This document shows positions 39,930 through 49,204 of a stretch of DNA of 64,000 bases, piece by piece; the first letter of the stretch is position 1, and each line of letters begins with the position of its first letter. Position numbers and translations under genes: made by a program. This DNA is from Kiloniellaceae bacterium (GTDB lineage Bacteria; Pseudomonadota; Alphaproteobacteria; Kiloniellales; J153). The stretch spans positions 3,967 to 67,966 of the forward strand of contig JAJFGL010000040.1 of assembly GCA_021776135.1 (NCBI GenBank). Direction: 5' to 3'. The notes below the pieces were generated by a model, which was not told the origin of the DNA, searched no databases, and worked only from the letters and a program-made list of their open reading frames with translations.

Positions 39930-39963
39930 ACCGTAGAATATTAATTATAAATCAGTTAATCGC

Positions 39964-41409
39964 TCACTGACGAACCCGGACCCTATAGCTCAGCTTGGCC
40001 TCGCCCTTGGCCGGGATAGTTAGGGTCCAGGCGATCCGCGACGCGGTTTCGGCCTCGTGGGGGGCGCTTTCGCGCAGCAGGGTCCAGCCAGGCGGCATGT
40101 TTCCCCTCACCCGCACCTCGACCGCCGCGTTCTTGGCGTTACGCATCACGACCTCCTGCGCGGTCTCGTAGGCGCGCGGCGACAGGGTCTCGTAGGCGGT
40201 GCGCCGGGCCCGGCCGGTCACGTCGAAGGCCCGGCCCAGGGTCAATTCCAGGGTTTCGCCCTCGGGGGTGTGGGCAATCCGGTCCTCGCCGGCAAACACC
40301 GGCCCGCCGGGCGCCGGCTCGTAAATCCGCAGGATACCGCCGGGCAAGGGGCGCCCCAGGCCAGCGGCCTTGGTATTCTCGACCTCCAGGACTATCGCCG
40401 CCTGGACCGGACCGAGTTGGTCCGCGCCCCGGTAGGCGCTGACCAGCTCGTCAAAGCGGTAATGCCGGGTCACGGCCACGCTGGGGGCCTGGAACAGGGT
40501 CAGGAGCTTGGTCTCCCGATCGGCGAGATCGAGTGGCCGGTCATAGCTGTAGAGGTAACGGCCGCTCACCGCCTGCTGTACCGCCCCATCGTTGGCGGCA
40601 ACGGATTCCAGCGCCATAGCGCGCCTAAGCTGCTTGGGCCTGGCCGCCGCCACCCGGTTTACCGCGCCGGCGATCAGGCGCAGGGAGGCGCCCTCGAAGC
40701 CCAAACCGCTGGTATTGGCGAGGGTCGCCAGCGCGGTGAGGTCGAGCCGGTTTCCTTCAGGGTTTAGATTGGCCACATAATCGGCCCGCCAGGACACCCC
40801 CCCGGTGAGATAGCGTAGCGAGAGATCGCGCGGCCCGGCATGGGCGCTATCGACCAGGGCCAAGAGGGCCGGGTCTTGGCGCGTGCCCTTGGGCAGGGCG
40901 TCGAAGACGATGCGGCCCGGCACGGCGGTCTCTATCCGGTCCCCCAGGCGCAAGACCGGCCCGTCCTCGATCGACAGCAACTCGGCCTCGTGTATTGTTT
41001 CCGCACCGGTTTGGGGGTGTGTCCGTATCACCCGGACCTTGTGCCCGGCCGCGGCTTCCAGCAGTCCGCGGGGAGTCAGGGGGTCGAAGGCGAAGCCACG
41101 TTCCAAGACCCGCAGGCCATCGCCTTGCAGGACAACGGTTTCCGGCCGCAGGCTCGTGCCCACATCTTCGAGGACGAGGCGGACCCGCCCGGCGGGCAGC
41201 GCGACCCGGCGAACCTCGTCGATCAGGGCCAGATCCTGGCCATAGACGGTCAGAACCAGGGAGCTTCGCGCGCCGCGCCCGGCTTCCTGCTCGGCCACCT
41301 GCGCCAGGGCCAGGCCCGACAGGGCCAATATATACAAGGAGGCCAAGGCCGCGATTACGAAGACCCTGTTTTTATACACCCGGCCAAAACGTTTTCTCAT
41401 TTTTTTCAT
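39964..41409 (-). CDS. Secreted DUF4139-like protein
   Basis: 481 aa with a signal peptide (MKKMRKRFGRVYKNRVFVIAALASLYILALSGLALA). The block RYLTGGVSWRADYVANL resembles DUF4139/CHP02231 as I recall it. Confidence 0.6.
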   Translation of the reverse strand: MKKMRKRFGRVYKNRVFVIAALASLYILALSGLALAQVAEQEAGRGARSSLVLTVYGQDLALIDEVRRVALPAGRVRLVLEDVGTSLRPETVVLQGDGLRVLERGFAFDPLTPRGLLEAAAGHKVRVIRTHPQTGAETIHEAELLSIEDGPVLRLGDRIETAVPGRIVFDALPKGTRQDPALLALVDSAHAGPRDLSLRYLTGGVSWRADYVANLNPEGNRLDLTALATLANTSGLGFEGASLRLIAGAVNRVAAARPKQLRRAMALESVAANDGAVQQAVSGRYLYSYDRPLDLADRETKLLTLFQAPSVAVTRHYRFDELVSAYRGADQLGPVQAAIVLEVENTKAAGLGRPLPGGILRIYEPAPGGPVFAGEDRIAHTPEGETLELTLGRAFDVTGRARRTAYETLSPRAYETAQEVVMRNAKNAAVEVRVRGNMPPGWTLLRESAPHEAETASRIAWTLTIPAKGEAKLSYRVRVRQ

Positions 41410-41501
41410 GCCCCCGGCTCCTCCTCCGAATATCGCGGCAAACTGCCCGGCGGTCGTGTCCGGATCGCGGCAGGTTTTAGATCTCTTCTGGGCATGGAAT
41501 A

Positions 41502-42104
41502 TTAGGCTGGCCGCCGGGCTTTCAAGGCGGCGCTGAGGGTGCCGTCGTCCAGATAATCGAGCTCGCCGCCCACGGGCACCCCCTGGGCCAGGCGCGATAC
41601 CGCGACGCCGCTATCCACCAAGCGCTCGGCGATATAGTGCGCGGTGGTCTGGCCGTCGACGGTGGTGCTCAGGGCCAGGATAACTTCCGTGACCGCCGCC
41701 CCGGTACTGGACTCGGCCCGATCGATCAGAGCGCCGATATTCAGTTGCTCCGGCCCCCGGCCGTCGAGGGCCGAGAGGGTGCCGCCCAGAACATGATACA
41801 AGCCTTTGAAGGCGCCGCTACGCTCAATCGCCCAGAGGTCGGCGACGTCCTCGACCACGCAAATCAGCGCGTTATCGCGATCCGGCGCCCGGCAAACGGC
41901 GCAAGGGTCGCGGGTATCCAGGTTGCCGCAGACGTTACAGGTACGAATATTTTCCGCCGCCTGGCGCAAGGCGCCGGCCAGGGGCAGCATCAGGGTTTCC
42001 GGGCGCTTGATCATTTGCAACGCCGCCCGGCGCGCCGAGCGCGGCCCCAGGCCGGGCAGGCGGGCAAGCAGAAGAATCAAGCGGTCGATATCGCCGGCGG
42101 GCAT
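41502..42104 (-). CDS. recR: Recombination protein RecR
   Basis: Track ORF 41502-42515 is over-extended across ybaB. ATG 42104 gives [26 protein letters not shown], the Zn finger [16 protein letters not shown], and a Toprim region. Confidence 0.95.
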   Translation of the reverse strand: MPAGDIDRLILLLARLPGLGPRSARRAALQMIKRPETLMLPLAGALRQAAENIRTCNVCGNLDTRDPCAVCRAPDRDNALICVVEDVADLWAIERSGAFKGLYHVLGGTLSALDGRGPEQLNIGALIDRAESSTGAAVTEVILALSTTVDGQTTAHYIAERLVDSGVAVSRLAQGVPVGGELDYLDDGTLSAALKARRPA

Positions 42105-42121
42105 GGCTGAACTACGATGTT

Positions 42122-42445
42122 CTAGAACGGCAGCTTCATGCCGGCGGGCAGCTCGATGCCGCCGGTGACTTCGCGCATACGCTCGGCGACCTCGGCCTCG
42201 GCCTTGGCCTTGGCGTCGTTGGCGGCGGCGACGATCAAGTCTTCGAGAACCTCGACATCCTTGGGATCGGCCAGGGCCGGATCGATCTTGATCCCCTGCA
42301 TGACGCCCTTGCCGTTCATAGTGACCTCGACCATGCCGCCGCCCGAGGCGCCCTTGACCTCGGTCTCGGCGAGTTTTTCTTGCAGCTCCGCCATCTTGGC
42401 CTGCATTTCCTGGGCTTGCTTCATCATTTGCCCGATATTCTTCAT
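42122..42445 (-). CDS. ybaB: Nucleoid-associated protein YbaB/EbfC
   Basis: 107 aa beginning [26 protein letters not shown], located between dnaX and recR. Confidence 0.93.
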   Translation of the reverse strand: MKNIGQMMKQAQEMQAKMAELQEKLAETEVKGASGGGMVEVTMNGKGVMQGIKIDPALADPKDVEVLEDLIVAAANDAKAKAEAEVAERMREVTGGIELPAGMKLPF

Positions 42446-44190
42446 TCCGTTTCGTCTCCTTGGCCGATGGCGGGGGGCTCGGGGGCAGAGGGCGCTTGAG
42501 CGGGCGCGGTGGCATCGCGCAGGCGGGCGCCGGGAAAAGTCTTCATGACCGCCTGGACCAGCGGCTCGCGCAGCACGGCCTCGCGGTCCCGCGCCGCCAG
42601 ATCGCGGGCTTGATCGCGCAGGGTCGCCGTGCCCTCCGCCTGGACGATGGCCACGACCCAGCGTTGGCCGGTCGCCTCCTGGAGCACGCGGGTCAAATCG
42701 CCGGCGAAATTGCGTGGCGCGCGGGCGCTGGTGTTGATCTCGATCCGTCCCGGCTCGAAACGGACCAGATTGACATCGCCCGCCAGGTGATTGGCGAGGA
42801 TGGTCTCGCGCCGCTTTCGCAGAAGTGCCAGTACCTCTGCGAAGTCGGCGGGCGCGGGGGCAAGGTGGCTTCGCGGAGCGGCGGCTTCGATTCCAGGCGC
42901 CGGCGCCGGTTCCGGCGCCGCCAGTGCCGCCTTGGCCGCGCCGCCGCCGGCCCCCGGACCCGGTTCTTGGGCGGGGGTCTTGGCGGCCGCCGCCGGAGAA
43001 GCGCCTGGGGCTGGACCGCCTTCGCTCAGACGCGCGACCAGATCGGCCGGGCTCGGCAGATCGCTGGCATAGGCGAGGCGGATCAGGACCATCTCCGCGG
43101 CCCGCAGGGGCGAAGGCGCGCCGCGAACCTCCTCCAGGCCCTTCAACAAAATCTGCCAGGTACGGGTCAGCGCCGCCAGGGTCAAGGCCTCGGCCTGGGC
43201 CCTGCCGCGCACCCGCTCGGCCTCCGGCACCCCCTCCGCCTCCAGGGTCGCCGGGGCCAGCTTGCCCTTGGTCACCAAATGGGTCAGCTCCAAAAGATCC
43301 TGAAGCACGACCAGCGGATCGGCGCCCGCGTTATGCAAGTCGCCCAGAAGGCTGAGCGCCTCGGGCGCCTGGCCGCGTAATGTAGCCTCGAACAAATCCA
43401 AAACCTGGATACGGTCGGCGAGGCCCAGCATGGCGCGCACCTGGGTTTCCGTCACCCCGCCGTCGCCCAGGGCAATGGCTTGATCCAGCAACGACAGGCC
43501 GTCGCGCACCGATCCGTCGGCGGCGCGCGCGATAGCCGCCAGGGCTTGATCCTCGACCTCGATCCCTTCCGCCTTCGCCACCCACGCAAAATGTTTTTTC
43601 AGCACGTCTTGCCCGACCCGGCGCAAATCGAAACGCTGACACCGCGACAGCACGGTGACCGGCACCTTGCGGATTTCCGTGGTCGCGAAAATAAAGACGA
43701 CGTGCTCCGGCGGCTCTTCCAAGGTTTTGAGCAGGCCGTTGAAGGCCTGTTTAGAAAGCATGTGAACCTCGTCCACGATATAGACCTTCTTGCGCGCCTG
43801 AACCGGGCGGTAACGCACGCTTTCGATCAGTTCGCGGATGTCATCGATGCCGGTGCGGCTGGCGGCGTCCATCTCGATCACATCGACATGGCGGTCGGCG
43901 GCGATGGCGGTGCAGTTGGCGCAAACGCCGCACGGTTTGGGCGTCGCGCCGCCGGTGCCATCGGGCCCGATGCAGTTGAGGGCCCGGGCGACGATGCGCG
44001 CCGTGGTGGTTTTCCCGACCCCGCGCACGCCGGTCAGAATATAGGCCTGCGCCAGCCGGCCCGCGTCAATGGCATTGGTCAGAGTACGGACCAGGGCATC
44101 CTGGCCGATCAAATCCTCGAAACCGGCGGGCCGGTATTTGCGCGCCAGCACGCGGTAAGCTTCCTGGGCCTTGGCCGGCTGCTCGGTCAT
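42442..44190 (-). CDS. dnaX: DNA polymerase III subunit gamma/tau
   Basis: 582 aa with the AAA+ motif [11 protein letters not shown], the Zn module CGVCANC, and [10 protein letters not shown]. Confidence 0.95.
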   Translation of the reverse strand: MTEQPAKAQEAYRVLARKYRPAGFEDLIGQDALVRTLTNAIDAGRLAQAYILTGVRGVGKTTTARIVARALNCIGPDGTGGATPKPCGVCANCTAIAADRHVDVIEMDAASRTGIDDIRELIESVRYRPVQARKKVYIVDEVHMLSKQAFNGLLKTLEEPPEHVVFIFATTEIRKVPVTVLSRCQRFDLRRVGQDVLKKHFAWVAKAEGIEVEDQALAAIARAADGSVRDGLSLLDQAIALGDGGVTETQVRAMLGLADRIQVLDLFEATLRGQAPEALSLLGDLHNAGADPLVVLQDLLELTHLVTKGKLAPATLEAEGVPEAERVRGRAQAEALTLAALTRTWQILLKGLEEVRGAPSPLRAAEMVLIRLAYASDLPSPADLVARLSEGGPAPGASPAAAAKTPAQEPGPGAGGGAAKAALAAPEPAPAPGIEAAAPRSHLAPAPADFAEVLALLRKRRETILANHLAGDVNLVRFEPGRIEINTSARAPRNFAGDLTRVLQEATGQRWVVAIVQAEGTATLRDQARDLAARDREAVLREPLVQAVMKTFPGARLRDATAPAQAPSAPEPPAIGQGDETE

Positions 44191-44205
44191 TCGCGATCCT
44201 TGCGC

Positions 44206-44246
44206 GCGGCCTTTGGCCGCTAATTGCCCGCGCGGCCCTTGGCCGC
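44206..44246. repeat. Two tandem short hairpins between ffs and dnaX
   Basis: gcggcctttggccgc (44206-44220) and gcggcccttggccgc (44232-44246) sit in similar ~26-nt contexts. Confidence 0.55.
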
Positions 44247-44259
44247 TTATTACCCGGTT

Positions 44260-44365
44260 TTGGGTGGAGGATTGGACCGGCGACCCGAAAACATCTCGTT
44301 ACGGCTGCTTCCTTCCGGACCTGACCGGATTGGCGAGCGATCCGTCCGCGGCCAACCCTCCAAGG
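44260..44365 (-). ncRNA. ffs: Signal recognition particle RNA (4.5S/SRP RNA, small bacterial type)
   Basis: The minus strand reads GGAGGGUUGGCCGCGGACGGAUCGCUCGCCAAUCCGGUCAGGUCCGGAAGGAAGCAGCCGUAACGAGAUGUUUUCGGGUCGCCGGUCCAAUCCUCC. It contains the conserved domain IV motif GGUCAGGUCCGGAAGGAAGCAGCC, and its 5'/3' ends pair. The position upstream of dnaX-ybaB-recR is the conserved one. The ends are approximate. Confidence 0.8.
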
Positions 44366-44404
44366 CGATTATATCGGACATCCCCCAGGCCGGGGCAAGG
44401 GTCT

Positions 44405-44450
44405 AGAGCCCTTTCCGGTCGAATGGGTCCGTATGGTCGGAAAGGGCTCT
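44405..44450. repeat. Solo palindromic copy of the 4120/4352 repeat
   Basis: agagccctttccgg tcgaatgggtccgtatgg tcggaaagggctct has a 14-bp stem (one G-T pair). It includes the same tcgaatgggtccgtatgg core as 4352-4369. Confidence 0.75.
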
Positions 44451-44497
44451 AGCACGCCGATTGCGCGACCCGGCCCTATCGTGGCACGCTTAAAGCC

Positions 44498-45433
44498 ATG
44501 AAAGCAGATGTTCATCCCAGCCACCGCCCCGGCAATTTTTATAGCGGTGTCGATTTGAACCGCGCGGATTACTTGCGCCGCGATGGGTCCTGGCTCAGCG
44601 CGGCCCTGACCGACGAGACCGCGCGTTTCATTCCGGTTTGGCGCGGTTGCAGCCTGATCGAAACCGGAGTCAAGACCCGCGGCCTGTGGCTACGCGGCGC
44701 GGAAATCCAGGATCTGCCCGGATACGCGGAGGAAGCCGTATTCCTGGGCCAACACGGCGGGACCGCCTTGTTCGCCTTGGACCTATCGGGTTTGGAGACG
44801 CCCGAGAACGCCTTAACGATAAAGGGGCGCGGGGCGTTTCAAGACCTGCGCGCGGTTGGGCCGCTCCTGGCCCGCCAGGACGGCGCCATCCTGGCCTACG
44901 CGCGCGGCCTGCTGCATTGGCATAAACGCCACCGCTTCTGCGGCCTGTGCGGCAGCGCGACCGGGCTAAGCCAAGGCGGTCATGTGCGCGCCTGTTCCAA
45001 TAGCGCCTGCGGGGCCAACCATTTCCCGCGCACCGATCCGGCCGTCATCATGCTGATCCATGACGGCGACCGCTGCGTACTCGGCCGGCAAAAGACCTGG
45101 CCCGAGGGCATGCATTCGACCCTCGCCGGTTTCGTCGAACCGGGTGAAAGCCTGGAGGAAGCGGTCGCGCGCGAGGTTTACGAGGAGGTCGGCATCGCGG
45201 CCACGGAGGTGACCTATCATTCGTCTCAACCCTGGCCGTTCCCATCTTCGATCATGCTGGGGTTCCACGCCCAGGCCCGCCATGGGCCCCTAACCATCGA
45301 CACCCATGAAATCGGCGCCGCGCGCTGGTACACCCGCCAGGAGTTACGCACCTCGCCGGAGGACGAGACCTTCCGCCTGCCGCGCCGGGATTCCATCGCC
45401 TGGCGCTTGATCGAGGACTGGTTGGCTCTTTAG
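44498..45433 (+). CDS. nudC: NAD+ diphosphatase (NudC-type Nudix hydrolase)
   Basis: 311 aa with the Zn ribbon CGLCGS...CSNSACG and the Nudix box GFVEPGESLEEAVAREVYEEVGI. Confidence 0.85.
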   Translation: MKADVHPSHRPGNFYSGVDLNRADYLRRDGSWLSAALTDETARFIPVWRGCSLIETGVKTRGLWLRGAEIQDLPGYAEEAVFLGQHGGTALFALDLSGLETPENALTIKGRGAFQDLRAVGPLLARQDGAILAYARGLLHWHKRHRFCGLCGSATGLSQGGHVRACSNSACGANHFPRTDPAVIMLIHDGDRCVLGRQKTWPEGMHSTLAGFVEPGESLEEAVAREVYEEVGIAATEVTYHSSQPWPFPSSIMLGFHAQARHGPLTIDTHEIGAARWYTRQELRTSPEDETFRLPRRDSIAWRLIEDWLAL

Positions 45434-45445
45434 GGAGGGCTCAGT

Positions 45446-45820
45446 TCAGATCACGGAATGGAACAGGCCGACCGCCGCCAAGGAAAAAGCGGCCAGGCCC
45501 AATAACGGCGCCTCCAGGGTCGGGTGCAGGGAGACCGAGCGCTCGGTCTTCATCAGCACCCCCGTGGCGATCATAAGCGCGCCCATCAAGGACACCTCGG
45601 TCGCCCCCATGGTGAAGCCCATGATCGCGAAGGGTATGCCGAGGTTCTGTAGAAATACCGGAACCAGGGGCAGCGCCAGAAGGCGCCGCGTCTCGGGCCC
45701 CTCGACCACCAGCTTCCAGGCCAGAATGGTGGTCAGCCCGACGTAAAACAGGGTGCTTAGTGTCACCAGCAACCCAACCAGGCCCGCCGCTATCCCTGCC
45801 ATGATAATCATCCCTGTCAT
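45446..45820 (-). CDS. Hypothetical membrane protein (124 aa, ~4 TM)
   Basis: Hydrophobic throughout, with no recognisable family. An AT-rich 190-bp region lies upstream. Confidence 0.5.
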   Translation of the reverse strand: MTGMIIMAGIAAGLVGLLVTLSTLFYVGLTTILAWKLVVEGPETRRLLALPLVPVFLQNLGIPFAIMGFTMGATEVSLMGALMIATGVLMKTERSVSLHPTLEAPLLGLAAFSLAAVGLFHSVI

Positions 45821-46010
45821 AAGCTTTGTTTTGAGCTTGGACTTGGAAATTAACCTAATACTTTAGTTATAACCAAGTAACCGGCCCTTCATTTTGTTCT
45901 TGTCTGTATTTATGTACTATTTTTTCGTAAAAATCTACATTAATTTTGCCAATTCAACTCTAACAAACCCTGCCGTATTAACCATAAACCGAAAACCCGC
46001 GGCGGCCGGC

Positions 46011-46877
46011 CTAACCCTGACGGAAATCGCTGGCCTGATAGACGCCCAGAACCTTGACCTTCTTGGAAAAGAAACTCAATTCTTCCAGGGCTAGGCGGAC
46101 CATGCGCTGATCGGGATGACCCTCGATATCGGCATAGAACTGGGCGACCGTGAAATGGCCGTCCAGGATGTAGCTTTCCAGCTTGGTGATGTTGACGCCG
46201 TTGGTGGCGAAACCGCCCAGCGCCTTGTAAAGCGCCGCCGGCACGCTACGGACCCGGAATACCAGGGTGGTCAGAACCAGCCCTTGGCCGGGATCCGGAT
46301 CGACCGGATCCCGGGACATGACCAGGAACCGGGTGACGTTGTGGGCGGTATCGTGGATATCGCTTTTGAGTACCTCGAGACCGTAGATTTCGGCCGCCAG
46401 GGCCGAGGCGATGGCCGCCTGGCTCGCATCGCCCGCCCGCGCCACATCCGCCGCCGCGCCGGCGGTATCGGTGTGAACGGCCGGTTTCAGGCCGTTTTCG
46501 CGCAAAAATTTGCGGCACTGGGACAGCGCCTGCTGGTGGCTATGAACGCTTTCGATGGTGTCCAGGCTGGCGCCCTTGGGGGCGAGTAGCTGGTGATCGA
46601 CCCTCTGGAAATGCTCGGCGACGATATGCAGGCCGGATTCAGGCAGCAGGTGATGATTATCGGCGACCCGTCCGGCGGTCGAGTTCTCGACCGGGATCAT
46701 AGCCAGGGCCGCGCGCCCTTCGTGAACCGCCGCGAAGGCATCCTCGAAAGAGGCGCAGGACAAGGTCGTCATGTCCGGATACGCGGCCCGGCAGGCCATG
46801 TCGGAATAGGCGCCGGGGGCGCCTTGAAAGGCGATGACGTTGTCCGGCGCCTCGCTTGGATCGGCGGTCTTGGTCAT
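46011..46877 (-). CDS. pheA: Prephenate dehydratase
   Basis: 288 aa with IAFQGAPGAYSD, TRF(L)V, and a C-terminal ACT domain. Confidence 0.9.
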   Translation of the reverse strand: MTKTADPSEAPDNVIAFQGAPGAYSDMACRAAYPDMTTLSCASFEDAFAAVHEGRAALAMIPVENSTAGRVADNHHLLPESGLHIVAEHFQRVDHQLLAPKGASLDTIESVHSHQQALSQCRKFLRENGLKPAVHTDTAGAAADVARAGDASQAAIASALAAEIYGLEVLKSDIHDTAHNVTRFLVMSRDPVDPDPGQGLVLTTLVFRVRSVPAALYKALGGFATNGVNITKLESYILDGHFTVAQFYADIEGHPDQRMVRLALEELSFFSKKVKVLGVYQASDFRQG

Positions 46878-46894
46878 GGAATTAGACAGGCTCT

Positions 46895-47647
46895 TTATGG
46901 TCTCAAGGGCACGAAATCGGCGCGCACGCGCGCCAGATCGGCGGGAGTATCGATACCGAAGGGAACGGAGTCAACGAGCGCCACGTCGATCCGCATACCC
47001 GCCTCGAGGGCGCGCAGCTGCTCCAAGCGTTCGCGCCGCTCCAGGGCCGTGACGGGCAAGGCGACGAAACGCGCCAGGGCGGCGCGCCGGTAGGCGTAAA
47101 TGCCGATGTGATGATAGAGAGCTTGGTTAGAATCGCCGCTGTCCCAAGGCACCGGGGCGCGGCTGAAATACAGCGCGCGGGCGATTCTTGATGCCGGCGC
47201 CAAGGCCAGGACCGCTTTCACCACATTCGGGTTTTCACGCTCCGCCGGCTCGGTTATCTCAGCCGCCAGGGTCGCGATATCGACCGCCGGATTTTCCAGA
47301 GGCTTGAGCACCGCGCGTAACATGGCGGGATCGACGGTCGGCCAATCGCCTTGCAAGTTGACCACAATGTCGTGGCTGCCCGCCGGATCGATCGCCTCCA
47401 AGGCCTCGTAAATCCGGTCCGAACCGGACGGGTGATCGGGCCGGGTCAGGATCGCGCGGCCGCCGTGGTCCGCGACTGCGCTGGCGATCTCGGGCTCGGC
47501 GCAAGCCACGGCCACCGGGCCGATTTCGGCCGCCACCGCCCGGCGCAGAACCCAAACGATCATGGGGACGCCCTGAATGTCGGCCAGGGGCTTGCCCGGC
47601 AGGCGGCTGGCCCCCATACGGGCGGGGATAAGAACGATCGGCGACAT
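46895..47647 (-). CDS. kdsB: 3-deoxy-manno-octulosonate cytidylyltransferase
   Basis: 250 aa beginning MSPIVLIPARMGASRLPGKPLADI, with VNLQGD. Confidence 0.93.
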   Translation of the reverse strand: MSPIVLIPARMGASRLPGKPLADIQGVPMIVWVLRRAVAAEIGPVAVACAEPEIASAVADHGGRAILTRPDHPSGSDRIYEALEAIDPAGSHDIVVNLQGDWPTVDPAMLRAVLKPLENPAVDIATLAAEITEPAERENPNVVKAVLALAPASRIARALYFSRAPVPWDSGDSNQALYHHIGIYAYRRAALARFVALPVTALERRERLEQLRALEAGMRIDVALVDSVPFGIDTPADLARVRADFVPLRP

Positions 47648-47782
47648 GTCGGCCCCAGAAAAAGCTAGCGGCAGACTAACCCCGCGAAGCCGCCCGAAAA
47701 ACAGCTATGTTTCGCTCCCGTGTTGAACCGGGAGGTGTCCGGGGCTATGGTCCGGCCTCTAGAGCATGGTGGGGATGGGATC

Positions 47783-48325
47783 ATGGAAAGCCTGGAAGTA
47801 AATAAGATCGTTGGCGCGATCCTGACCGTCAGCGTGGTTGCCATGCTGTGCGGATTCATCGCCGAACTGATTTTCGCGGAAAACCACGGACAAACGCTCG
47901 CCTACGCCCTGGCGCCGGCCGAGGAGGCCGAGAGCACGGCCGGGACGGCTGCCCCCATGGTGGAAACGGTCGCCATGCTGCTGGCAGCCGCCGATGCGGG
48001 CAAGGGCATTTCCGTCGCCAAGAAATGCAGCGCCTGCCACACCTTCGACGAAGGCGGAAAAAAGAAAATCGGCCCCAACCTGTGGAACATCCTCAACCGG
48101 AACATCGCCTCCGACGGCGGCTTTTCCTATTCCAGCGCGCTTAAGGAAAAGGCGGGCGAGACTTGGTCATACGAGAGCCTGGACGCCTTCCTGGCCAAGC
48201 CCAAGGACTGGGCGAAGGGCACCAAGATGAGCTTCGCCGGCATCAAAAAACCCACGGAGCGCGCCGATTTGATCCTGTATCTGCGTTCCCTGAGCGGCGC
48301 CCCGGCCGCCCTGCCCGAGGGTTAA
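47783..48325 (+). CDS. Membrane-anchored class I c-type cytochrome (CycM-like)
   Basis: ORF track 47720-48325. ATG 47783 gives MESLEVNKIVGAILTVSVVAMLCGFIA (a TM anchor). The heme motif CSACH and a downstream Met (KGTKMSFAG) are present. Confidence 0.8.
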   Translation: MESLEVNKIVGAILTVSVVAMLCGFIAELIFAENHGQTLAYALAPAEEAESTAGTAAPMVETVAMLLAAADAGKGISVAKKCSACHTFDEGGKKKIGPNLWNILNRNIASDGGFSYSSALKEKAGETWSYESLDAFLAKPKDWAKGTKMSFAGIKKPTERADLILYLRSLSGAPAALPEG

Positions 48326-48368
48326 GGCCACGTCCTGCCCTGAGGAATTCATTGCCCTGGCGGGTCAC

Positions 48369-49118
48369 TTGGCCGAGACCGCGCGCGAGGTAGTTCAGCG
48401 CTACTTCCGCCAGCCCTTCGATATCGAGCATAAAGCCGACGAGACCCCGGTCACCATTGCCGACCGCGAGGCCGAAACCGCCATGCGCGGCATGATCGCC
48501 GAAACCTTTCCCAGCCACGGCATCATCGGCGAGGAACATGGCCGCGACCGGCCCGAGGCGGATTTCGTCTGGATCTTGGATCCCATCGACGGCACCAAGC
48601 GCTTCATTTCCGGACACCCGCAGTTCGGCACCCTGATCGGCCTGCTGCATCGGGGCCGGCCGATCCTGGGCGTCATCGACATGCCGGTCATGGACGAACG
48701 CTGGCTCGGCGCCGCCGGCCATCCCACCACCCATACGGACAGCCAAGGCACGCGCGAGGTCCGGGTGCGCGCCTGCGCGGCCCTGGCCGAGGCCACCTTG
48801 TTCGCGACCTCGCCCCATATGTTCGCCGGCACGGATTTCACCGCTTTCGAGCGGGTCCGCACCCGCGCCGGCATGCCGCTATATGGCACCGAGTGCTACG
48901 GCTACGGCCTGTTGGCCAGCGGCTTCGCCGACCTGGCGATTGAGGCCGACATGGGCATCTACGACTATCTGCCCCTGGTTCCGGTCGTCGAAGGCGCCGA
49001 GGGCGCCATGACCGACTGGGCAGGCGCGCCGCTGGGGCTCGAGTCCGACGGCCGGGTCATAGCGGCTGGTGACCCGCGCTGCCACGCCGCCGCCCTGGCC
49101 CTCTTGACCGGGCCCTAA
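48369..49118 (+). CDS. Inositol monophosphatase family protein (histidinol-phosphatase HisN-like)
   Basis: 249 aa with motifs GEEHG and WILDPIDGT. TTG 48369 is the only canonical-type start in frame after the stop at 48291. The true start may be a non-canonical codon upstream. Confidence 0.8.
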   Translation: MAETAREVVQRYFRQPFDIEHKADETPVTIADREAETAMRGMIAETFPSHGIIGEEHGRDRPEADFVWILDPIDGTKRFISGHPQFGTLIGLLHRGRPILGVIDMPVMDERWLGAAGHPTTHTDSQGTREVRVRACAALAEATLFATSPHMFAGTDFTAFERVRTRAGMPLYGTECYGYGLLASGFADLAIEADMGIYDYLPLVPVVEGAEGAMTDWAGAPLGLESDGRVIAAGDPRCHAAALALLTGP

Positions 49119-49204
49119 AGGCGCATCACATGGACTTGAGCGTCCTATTAGAGCCCTTGGCGCGGCGCGGATACATCTGTTTATAGTCGCGCGTCGCCGT
49201 TTGC

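Noticed and set aside
39740-39931. 63-aa minus-strand ORF
   Set aside because: It lies entirely within the MITE-like repeat element, and its ends are encoded by the hairpin arms.
41502-42515. 337-aa version of the recR ORF extending upstream across ybaB
   Set aside because: The N-terminal 137 residues are Arg/Gly-rich nonsense overlapping ybaB in another frame. RecR homology starts at ATG 42104.
43590-43602. A-run (CTG AAA AAA CAT on the minus strand) in dnaX as a possible programmed frameshift site for the gamma subunit
   Set aside because: It lies at about codon 200, inside the ATPase/lid region, far upstream of where the E. coli site sits. It has no downstream hairpin. A frameshift there would destroy the clamp-loader core.
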